DNA of 62,000 nucleotides. It comes from Octopus vulgaris (lineage: Eukaryota). The position numbers were made by a program, and so were the translations under genes. The stretch lies in assembly GCA_951406725.2 (NCBI GenBank), contig OX597823.1, positions 38,274,001 to 38,336,000 of the forward strand. The letters run 5' to 3'. Below are positions 52,001-62,000 of the stretch, piece after piece (the stretch's first letter is position 1; every line of letters begins with the position of its first letter). The notes below the pieces were generated by a model that was given only the letters and a program-made list of their open reading frames with translations, was not told the DNA's origin and did not search any database.

Positions 52001-54338
52001 AATAAAAATATAAAAATACTTTCAGTTAATTATTTGTAAGTTTTATAATTAATGATTTATGATTGAAAGTATGATGCTATCTACTTGGAATTATTGTATA
52101 TCTTTAGGACTGAAAAACTTGAGGGAATAGTAAAACATTTCACTATTAAAATTGTTTTATTTAAGTGATTAAGATAATAAAGTATCCTTTCAGTTAATTA
52201 TTATTTACTATATTAATTATGGTTTAAAGTAGGATTAAAGAACTTAACTTATTTTGGATATCACATGTGTAAACTATGTCATCATATTCTGTATCAGTTT
52301 TATACAGTATGACAGTCCTCTCTCTCATACAAGTCTACAATTGTAAACCTCCATGTTAAAGTTTGAAGGTTCATGATTTTTTTTGGGGAAAGCTACAATA
52401 GTGGTTTCCCATTACTATCTGCCAGTTTATTCTCCTAATCTCTTGCTCTCCCAGGTTTATCTTTGACTCACAGAGCCTATTTAATTAAATATCAGTTGGA
52501 CTGTTTCATGTAACCTCAGTACATGTCCACATACCAATGAGCCTGTGTGACACAAGTCTAAGGGATAGCCCTCCTTCCCGTCTTATGTTTTAGCCATAGG
52601 ATCATTTGCTGTTTGACCCAAAACTGGGGCCCTTGATGGATACTGCCACCATCCTGGACAAGAGTGGACCTGGGAATTGTGGTGTCTAAGGAGTTACTCC
52701 TTACTCCCTCAAACTTCTAAAATTTTGAGCTAGAGTTTCCCTACCAGATGCATTTTAATATCTTACCTGGGACTATTGCAGTTCATATATACTAAATATT
52801 CAACATTTTGTACTGGCACACTTCAGCTAGTCTGCAGTGTCTCATTCCCAGATCTTTGCATTCATTGTTCCATTTTTTAGGTTCCACATCTTTACATCAT
52901 TTCTGATTCCTTTGCCTCAAATTCTCTATTTGCAACCCTTGCATTGTTGCCATCTGTTATCATTTTACTTCATTCCATTCTTATCATATGTCCATATTTA
53001 TACTGCTATCTTATTTTGGCATAAACCAATCCCTCAAATGTTCTATTGCTTTTTTTTCTGTTTTTCACTGTAAAAGTGGCAAGTATATTACTTGGTCAGT
53101 AAATCAGATTTAAACAATATTTTTCAATATATTGCAGGACTTTGCTACCCATATCTTACTGCCCTATAGTGTCATTGTTTGGAGCAGTTGTCATATAGTT
53201 CACTTTTTGAAATGAAAGCAATGATTCAATATTATCTCTTGCATTTTTCTTTTTAGACACAAGTTTTCCCTTGTTATATTATTACTTACTCTATTCTGGC
53301 ACTAATTGGGTTGTTTAGATAACAAAACTTTACTACATCCAATAGCTTATAACCTTACTACTTGCACTAATGCCTAAGGTGCACTTCATATTGATTTTCT
53401 TTTATCTATCAGTGCATCTATTGTACATGTTTTCACTGCTAACAGAGTAAAGTTGAGTTTGTTGTATCCATAAGTGATAGTAATAAATGGAATAACTGTT
53501 GTCTGGATACTGCTTGACTATACAGGTTTCTTATTGTTAACCTGTATATTCATCTTGGCCATCTTCATCATGATCTTTTCTAGATTTCAAATGGATTGAT
53601 AGTGCAATGGAAGCATAGATGTTATAAGATTGAATAGTCAATCCCTTAGACAAATTGGAGCTAAGATACTCTGAGCATGTTGCCAATTTTGACCTTACTA
53701 CAAACAACATTTGAACAGCAATCAGCAATTTCTTAATTTGTAGCATTCTTATTTTGTACATGTTGAAACCCAATTAGTTCAGCAAATGAAATATATAGTC
53801 AATTAATTTTGTCATCAGAAATTCTTTCTGCAGTTTTCTTTCCAGTGGTCTATGGTTCTCAGCTGATACAAACTTCATGCTATCCGTTTTAAGTATTGTG
53901 TTAGTCTCATTATGATTTGACTCCATTCATATATGGGTCTATCAATTCAAGTTCTTTGCAATACTTCCTCTTTATTTTCAATAACTATTCTTGGTTTTAC
54001 AGTAATTAACATAATGTTACCAAATAACACCTTCATGAATCATGCGATTAGTTAAACAAGCAATTGGGTTTGTTTTTACAGTGTGCTGCTAACACTTCGC
54101 TGATTTCCATAGTTTCGGTAGATAAGGTAGTTTTGTGACATTCGTCTTTGTTAAAATCACTGACTACATGTAATGACATTTAAATGTTATTTTTGTTTGC
54201 TTTTGCTATTAAGTGCTATTGCTTCTGTATAAACAAATACATTCTACTCTTTTGTGACGGATGCCAGGATTTTGCTCCTTTACACTACCGTCTTAATATA
54301 TCTTACATCTTTATACCTAATGTCTCTGAAACACATAC

Positions 54339-54456
54339 CTTTCTGCTTTTGTCTTTGGCAAAGCTTCTATTGAAATATATTTTGCTGCTACTTCTCTCTC
54401 TTTTTTTCGTTCATTCATGTTTCAAGACTTGATTCGTTTAAATTTTGCTTTCTTTC
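54339..54456 (-). other. Candidate exon with internal ATG (MNERKKEREVAAKYISIEALPKTKAE/R)
   Basis: Strong acceptor gttttgctttctttttcattag| and donor AAAG|gtatgt. Stop codons precede the ATG. Confidence 0.35.
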
Positions 54457-55058
54457 CTAATGAAAAAGAAAGCAAAACTTTTATTTTTCTTGTTGCTAAG
54501 AGATTAAGTTGTTCGGTTTTCTTAGTCTACAAGGTTTTTAAGTTCAAGCTATTAGACATTAATTGTGTATCAAGTCCATGATTATTAATTTTTTTACCAT
54601 TTTTGTGGAAATATTTGCAGGGCCGACCAATGTCTTGTAAATGAATTTGATAGGTAGAAACTGTGTAGAAGTCCATCATGTGTACGTATTTGTATATGTC
54701 TTTCTGTCTGTTCACTATCTTCTGCTGCCACTTGACAACCACTTTTGGTTTGTTTACATCACTGTGACTTAGTGGTTTGGCAAAAGAGACTGATAGAATA
54801 AGTACCAGTCTTAAAAAACAAATACTGGAGTTGATTTTACCCTACTATGACTATAGTCCAATGACTGAAACAAATAAAAGATAAGAGATCAATCAACATT
54901 GACAAATGACTCGTTAGCATTAGGCTGTATAAACATCTGGTTCTAGAATTCCTTTACAGATTTTGTGCTCTAAGAGACATTAAATTGAAAATGAAAATAG
55001 TTTTAATGAAAAATTGTTGAAGATATACTGAAATCTGAAACCATAGAAAATTCTGTCA

Positions 55059-55287
55059 TTAACCGTTTAGCATTCAGATTACTCTGTCAAATGTAATGCA
55101 TGTTTACTAACACTGTTTTGAATGTAATCATGCATATTGCATAACTTCAATATTTTGAAGATGTGATTGTTTAATTTTAGATTCACATTCTAGGATCAGT
55201 GAGAGAAGCCAGATCTCATCAGTTTGAACATAAAACAGGTGGAATATTTGGGCCAGATATTGCCAGTTTAAATGCTTAAAAGGTTAA
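55059..55287 (-). mobile_element. piggyBac-type MITE (third copy)
   Basis: Reverse complement of 29400 and 36492; TTAA ends. Confidence 0.8.
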
Positions 55288-56319
55288 TTCTAATTTACTA
55301 TTCCAAGAATCCTTTCTCAGTGTAGTTATTGTTGTTAACTCTACTGATTTGTTATTATTTTTCATTTATGATACATTTCAAATTTTTATTTGATCAATTT
55401 TAGTTTCAGTTGAATTTTACAAACATATTTTATGACATAGATCTAAATATATACTAAATATTTTTCATATTAATATATAAATATTTGGTATATAAATATA
55501 CTAAATATTATTAATATTTATTTCTAACAAGGACACACATTTTTAGTGGGGGTATTGTCAATTAGATTGATCAAAGTACTTGATAGGCATTTTATTTTGT
55601 TGATGTTACAATGATGAAAAGCAAAGTCAACCACAATGGGATTTCAACTCAAAATATAAAGAGTGAAAATATAAATGCCATGAAACATTTTGACTGATGC
55701 TCAACTCAGAATGCAATGTTGGCAGTAAGTGTCCTGAAACAAGTTCAAATTTTTCTGGGTTGGTAAAATAATAAATAATTTTAATTCAATCATTTGTGAG
55801 CCTACAGAAATTGGCCCTGTACTATGCAAAAAATCTATTATTGCTTATCAATTCAAATTCTGTGGAGTTGACTTTTCATTTTTCTAGGATGTATTAATGT
55901 ATTGCCTCTAACAGATATGAGTCAAAAATACTCTTTTTTTTTAAATAAATCAACTTAATGTCTAGTCAAAACAAATCAAATCTTTTATCTATTACTTGTT
56001 GCAATCACTGGACTGTGACCATGCAGGAACAATTCCTTGAGGGATTGCAGTTGAAAAATTGACCCCAATACTAAATTTCTCTTTTATTCAACCACTAAGT
56101 TATGGGAACATAAACAAATCTATAGTACTGTGGGTGAATTACAAATAGAAACATAAAAATACAAAGATACATGAATAGACAGACATCCATTGAACCACAC
56201 ACACAAACAGATATATATATATATATATATATACATGCACACACACACATACATACAAAAACACATATATTGCTATATATATATATATATAAATATGTAC
56301 ATACATAGCAATATATATA

Positions 56320-57291
56320 TTTCAGATGTCGGGGCAGAAATCTGCTCCAGCATCTCATCAGTTGTTAAGACAAAACAAAAATGCTATGAAAATGACTGTT
56401 AAAAAAGGAGAAATTACTATGAAGTTGACTGTTATTAAGACAATGGACAAGACTTTTCCTGATGTATATTTTGCCATTTACAAAGATGATGCCCTAGCTT
56501 TAACCACAAATGCCAATGGACCAGCACAAAATCGGTTTAGGAAGGACATTATCCAGACCATGAAAACTTTCGGTCTTAGTATAACTACAGATACCAACCT
56601 GACGGTTGTCAATTTCCTAGATTTATCCTTAGATTTAAATAAGAATATTTACAAACCTTATAGGAAACCCAATGATAGACTTAGTTATATTAATGTAGGT
56701 TCCTGCCATCCCCCCATAGTGTTTATAAATTTAGTTAAAAACATTAGCAAAAGAATTTCTAGCCTTTCCTCTGATAGGGACATTTTTTATAGTGTTGCCC
56801 CAGTATATAATAATGCTCTAAAAGATAATGGATTTAGTGAGGACATAACCTATACACCCATTACCAGTACAATAATAAAGAAAAGGAAACATAGGAATAG
56901 GAAAACTATCTGGTTCACACCCTCTTACTCCTCTGAAGTGACCTTTAATATAGGTAAATACTTCTTATCACTTATAGATAGGCATTTTCCAATCAGTCAT
57001 AATTACAGAAAGCTCTTCAATATACATAACTTAAAAATCAGTTTTAGCTCAACTACTAATTTAAAAACTATAATCGCACACAATGCACAAAAACAACAAA
57101 ATGAAACCAGCTGTTCATGCAGGGATAAAAATATGCGCCCACTAAATGGAGCTTGCATGCCTGAGACCATCTTTTATGAAGCCACTGTAGACTCTACAAC
57201 AACTAAGGACACAGTGGGTCTCACAGAGGGGTATTTTAAAGCCAGGTTCAACGATCACAAGATTTACTATAAGCAGTATCATGAGGTTTAG
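56320..57291 (+). mobile_element. Penelope-like element remnant (5'-truncated RT palm/thumb and start of GIY-YIG), preceded by an inverted segment
   Basis: From about 56460: IYKDDAL (YRDD-type), VNFLDLSLDL, YKPYRKPND, HPP, IWFTPSYS..NIGKYFL.LIDRHFP, CSCR...PLNGAC, IFYEATV..VGLTEGYFKARFNDH. The N-terminal part of the track ORF is not homologous. Confidence 0.9.
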
Positions 57292-57294
57292 TAG

Positions 57295-58312
57295 TTTCTG
57301 CTACCTAGGTGACCAAGTTAGTAGTTGGGGTGGATGCTCAGAGAGTGTTACCACTAGAATAAGAATAGCCTGAGCAAAGTTTAGAAAGCTTCTTCCCCTA
57401 CTGGCGACAAAGAGTCTCTTGCTCAGAGTGAAAGGAAGATTGTACGATACTTGTGTGTGAACTGCTATGCTTCATGGCAGTGAAACATGGGCCATAACTG
57501 CGGAGGACATGTGTAGGCTTGAAAGAAATGAAGCTAGCATGATCCGCTGGATGTGTAATGTCAGTATGCATGCATGACAGAGTGGAAGCACCCTGAGAGA
57601 AATGTTGGACATAAGAAGCATTGGCTGTGGCATGCAGGAGAGACGTTTGTATTGGTATGGTCATGTACTATGGATGGATGAGGAGAGATGTGTGAAGAAG
57701 TGCCACTCCCAAACTGTTGAAGGAATCCGGGGTAGAGATAGACCCAGGAAGACATGGGATGAGGTGGTCAAGCATGACCTTTAAACGTTGGGCCTCACAG
57801 AAGCTATGACGAAAGACCGAGACCTCTGGAGATATGCTGTGACTGTGAAGACCTGACAAATGCAGTGAGTCCATGGCTCACAGGACGGCGTGCTGTGCTA
57901 ACCTTAGATCGTAGGGTGACCTATTGTGCTTGAGGAGACCTATTGAGTCAAGTACATCAACATCAAAATAAAAATCAAATGGAAATTGTAGTTGTGATAC
58001 TCATGCCGGTGGCACGTAAAAAGCACCATCTGAATGTGGCCAATGCCAGCGCCGCTTTGACTGGCGTCCGTGCTGGTGACATGTAAATAGCACCAACCGA
58101 TCATGGCCGTTTGCCAGCCTCCTCTGTCCCCTGTGCTGGTGGCAAGTAAAAAGTACCCACTACACTCACAGAGTGGTTGGCATTAGGAAGAGCATCCGGC
58201 TTTAGAAACACTGCCAGATCAGACTGGTGCAGCCTCTTGGCTTCCCAGACTCCGGTCAAACCGTCCAACCCATGCTAGCATAGAAAACAGATGTTAAACC
58301 ATGATGATGATA
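57295..58312 (+). mobile_element. RTE LINE 3' portion with 3' UTR
   Basis: YLGD, LYDTCV, MLHGSETW, RRLYWYGHVLWM, RGRDRPRKTWDEVVK; ends in (GAT)n. Confidence 0.92.
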
Positions 58313-58340
58313 TATATATATATACACATATACACACAGC

Positions 58341-58385
<45 letters not shown>

Positions 58386-58429
58386 CTATATATATATATA
58401 TATAGCTATATATATATATATAGAATAAT

Positions 58430-59280
58430 AATAATAATATTAGGGAATATGATTCCAAACTTCCAGGGAAAATTCAATTTAGTAATGCTAAATCAAATCT
58501 CACAATATATAATGCATGTATATAAATTAGAGAAGAACCATATCATTCAACAATGATATACTTAAATCATACCGTATAGAAAAAAAAAGATACAATAAAA
58601 CATTTACCTACAACTAAATAAAGTATGAAATAATAAATAAATAGTAAATAGACTACACGTGTTTCGTGGCTATATTTTCAAATTGTTAACAGTAAAATCA
58701 ATTCAATTTAAGTGTAGTCACTTATCCGGTCCAAGATGAAAACAATAAAATAATTAAATCAATGTACATATATTATCTTATAAGAAAATATAAATATATA
58801 TAAAAATACATAATTTTTCAATAAAAAATTGAACAAAATTCAAAAATATATCATAAAATAAAATCACAAAATATATTATCAAATATATTCTGTTAACTAA
58901 ATCTTTAAATTTAATATCTAGGACTTAGTGTTTATAATAAATTTATCTCGTTAAAAACATGGTGTAAATAAAACTGGAATAAATAGATAGAAATATTTAT
59001 TTTATCTATGAAAATATATTTTAGCTTTTGGAAGAAAAAAATGAGAAACTATAGTATGTCATTACTGGAAAATTAAAATACAAGTAATTTAAACAAAATA
59101 TTTAAAACAAAATATATATATATATATATATATAAAATACATAATATACATTAAATGAAGCTAAAATACTATAATTTAATCTATATCCATTAATTTATTT
59201 ATTTATTTATTTAATAAAAATGTAAGTTAAATCTTATTCTAATTATGTAATATATACTAAATAACTTCATGCTAACTTAT
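58430..59280 (-). mobile_element. AT-rich probable PLE terminal-repeat remnant containing a degenerate HHR
   Basis: Very AT-rich, bounded by (TA)n/(AAT)n; HHR scaffold at 58651-58733. Confidence 0.45.
58651..58733 (-). ncRNA. Degenerate type I hammerhead ribozyme (core mutated)
   Basis: Minus strand: tggac CGGATAA gtgactaca...tatagccac GAAA cacgtg TA gtcta. Helices I-III pair, but the core has two substitutions. Confidence 0.6.
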
Positions 59281-59361
59281 ATGCATAATACTACAACAAA
59301 CTATAACTACAAGAATTATATATATATATATATTTTGTTTTAATTACTTGTATTTTAATTT

Positions 59362-59397
<36 letters not shown>

Positions 59398-59400
<3 letters not shown>

Positions 59401-59597
59401 GTGCAGGTGGCACGTAAAAAGCACCCACTACACTCACGGAGTGGTTGGCGTTAAGGAAGGGCATCCAGCTGTAGAAACGTTGCCAGATAAGACCGGAGCC
59501 TGGTGCAGTCTTCTGGCTTCCCAGATCCCCGGTCGAACCGTCCAACCCATGCTAGCATGGAGAACGGACGTTAAACGATGATGATGATGATGATGAT
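59398..59597 (+). mobile_element. Young RTE 3' end (5'-truncated)
   Basis: CpG-intact match to the reverse complement of 32685-32890; ends in (GAT)n. Confidence 0.9.
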
Positions 59598-59943
59598 ATA
59601 TATATTTACTTTAAATAAAAACCTTTGACTCTGCAGCACTGTATATAAATTCTCTACTAGGAATGACCAAGTTTTAAAACCTGCTGGATCTCACTCATAA
59701 GGGAATCTTACATTGCTTATAAACTCTATATTTAGAAGGACTCATTTAAAACTCTGTTGGTCATTTGGAGTTTTGGACTTTATTCATAGGATATTGGAAT
59801 ATTGCATATATACCAATATGCCTAAAAAATGGATTTACAACTTCAATACCCATAGATTTCTTGCATCTATTTTCTTTACTCCACCTCACTCTCTATTTTG
59901 TATCACATCTAAACTAGCTATGACTTAATTATACTCTCACACT

Positions 59944-59995
59944 GTCTCCGATGGAGGGATATAATTAATAAATATCCTAGAAACAGCTGTAAGAC
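59944..59995 (+). ncRNA. Degenerate type I hammerhead ribozyme (core mutated)
   Basis: gtct CCGATGG agggatat...atatcct a GAAA cagctg TA agac: helix I gtct/agac, palindromic helix III, GUA cleavage site. Confidence 0.55.
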
Positions 59996-60140
59996 CTATC
60001 TATAAATGCTCTAATATCTACACAGCCTTGGTTTTTTATCTTATTATGCAAAAAATTCTTATATATTTATATATGTATATATATAATTATATATATGTAT
60101 ATATATTTATATATACAAGTATATATATTTATATATACAA

Positions 60141-60178
<38 letters not shown>

Positions 60179-60179
60179 T

Positions 60180-62000
60180 TGAAACAGTTCAGTGCACTAC
60201 AAGATAGGACCCCTCCTCCAAAAGGATGGCTCCCTCACAGATAGTCCAACTAAGATCAGTTAGATGCTGAATTACCAGTTCAAAAGTGTCTTTACCACTC
60301 CGTTGGAACACAGACAAGTGAACGAACCAGTGGACTTCTTTGCCGCCCCACCTACAACCAGCGAGGCGGTTACAATAGAATGTATTGACATTAGCGAAAA
60401 AGATGTACTACTAGCCATAGATGAAGTGGACACAAACTCAGCTGCTGGTCCTGGCGGTTTCCCAGCCATCCTCCTCAAAGCGTGTAAGCATGCCCTGACA
60501 AAACCCCTCAAGATTCTCTTCCAGAGCTTTCTTGCGAATGTCAAACTGCCAAGCAAGCTGAAGGAGGAATAATATGCCCAATACATAAAGGGGGAAGTAG
60601 AGCAGATGCCAAAAACTATAGGCCTATCTCTCTGACTTCACACATCAGCAAAGTCATGGAACGGATAGTCAGAAAGAAACTAATCGCATTCTTTGAGGAA
60701 AATATCTTGTTGAGTGATACCCAGCATGGTTTTCGACCAGGTAGGAGCTGCCTGACCCAGCTCTTACAACATTATGACTGGGTGTTGAGGCAGTTACTCA
60801 ACAAATCAAATGTGGACGTAATCTACCTTGATTTTGCAAAAGCTTTTGACAAGGTGGATCATGGTATGATGTGCCATAAACTGTGTGACTTCGGCATAGC
60901 TGGAAAACTTGGAGTGTGGTTGCATGACTTCGTGAAAGATAGGAGTCAGGCAGTAGTGGTTAATGGAGCCACCTCTATGAACACACAAATAGTGAGCGGT
61001 GTTCTTGGGCCATCTTGGGACCACTGCTTTTTATAGTGGCCCTCTCAGATATGCCCTCAAATGCCGAGAGAGCCACTCTGGCCAGCTATGCAGACGATAC
61101 GAAAGTCTCGCAGAAAATACAGAATCCCAGCAATGTTGCACACCTGCAGCAGGAGTTGGACTCAATCTACAGATGGGCTGAGGATAATAATATGCAGGTT
61201 AATGCTGAAAAATTCCAGGCCCTGCGCTACCAGCATCCAAAACTGAATATTAAACTTACAGAATACACCGGTCCACAGGGAATTTCAATCCCAGATCCTA
61301 AGTCTGTGAGGGACCTGGGTATCGACATGAGTGATGAAACCTCTTTCCAAGTGCACATTACCAGGATGGTGACAAAGTGCAGACGACTGGCTGGGTGGAT
61401 CCTAAGAACATTCAGAACCAGAGATAAGGAAACCATGATGGTCCTCTGGCAGACATTCGTCCTCAGCCACCTGGATTACTGCTCAAAGCTATGGTCACCC
61501 ACCAGTGTAAAATTAACAGCGGACCTTGAAGCAATCCAGAGATGATTCACAAAGAAGATCGTCCCTTTGCAACCGCTCAGCTACTGGGAAATGTTGAAAC
61601 AGCTAAGACTCTACTCCCTGGAGAGAAGACGGGAGAGGTATGCAGTAATATATGTCTGGAAGATCCTGGAAGGAATTGTGCCAAATTTTGGCATTGAAAG
61701 CTACACCAATGCTAGAACGGGACGACACTGCATAGTGCCAAAGATCCCAGCAATGCCATCACGCTTCAGGACCAGCTTCTGCAACAGCCTGGGTTTCAAG
61801 GGCCCACAGCTTTTTAATATTCTCCCAAAGAGTCTGAGGAACTTGCACAAAGTAGATGTAGCGGTTTTTAAATCAAAGCTGGACATCTTCCTGTCAAGAG
61901 TCCCAGATGAACCTACCTCACGGCAAGAGGTGCAAATGAGAGTAGCTATATCAAACTCCATTCTTCACCAAGTGCCACATATTAGACGAGGTTCGTTGTA
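60180..62000 (+). mobile_element. CR1-group LINE ORF2 (RT domain), frameshifted, runs off the window end
   Basis: SAAGPGG, NYRPISLTS, QHGFRPGRSCLTQLL, VIYLDFAKAFDKVDH, GPLLF, YADDTKV, VRDLGI and LDYCS.LWSP motifs. Confidence 0.95.

Noticed and set aside
53800-54330. CpG-containing A-rich minus-strand region resembling a decayed coding sequence
   Set aside because: Stops in all frames and no diagnostic transposase or enzyme motif could be recognised.
56326-56460. N-terminus of the 321-aa ORF as a genuine protein start
   Set aside because: It is read-through of the inverted terminal segment; PLE homology begins only near 56460.

Overview
AT-rich, repeat-dense eukaryotic genomic DNA. It is most likely from an octopus or other coleoid cephalopod, inferred from the tRNA-derived SINE families, RTE tails and microsatellite load. 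No long intact host ORF is present; nearly all ORFs in the track are microsatellite artefacts or transposon remnants. Mobile elements seen: decayed mariner/Tc1/DD37D-type DNA transposons, RTE and CR1-like LINE fragments, a Helitron helicase remnant, piggyBac-type and hAT-type MITEs, many SINEs and a Penelope-like (PLE) RT/GIY-YIG remnant. A CpG-retaining, promoter-like zone lies at about 44.3-48.7 kb, and short candidate exons are scattered through the window, mostly on the minus strand; the host gene could not be identified. The most notable signal is a set of type I hammerhead ribozyme (HHR) motifs. Two have intact cores and lie in tandem 492 nt apart in a young, structured, non-coding PLE/retrozyme-like insertion at 16456-17280. 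Degenerate or partial HHRs of different sequence occur at about 41.6, 56.3, 58.7 and 60.0 kb. The window also holds several fold-back or inverted-duplication structures (4.1-4.5 kb, 1.7-10.3 kb, 28.4-28.9 kb, 40.9-42.0 kb). All calls were made by eye and need computational confirmation.
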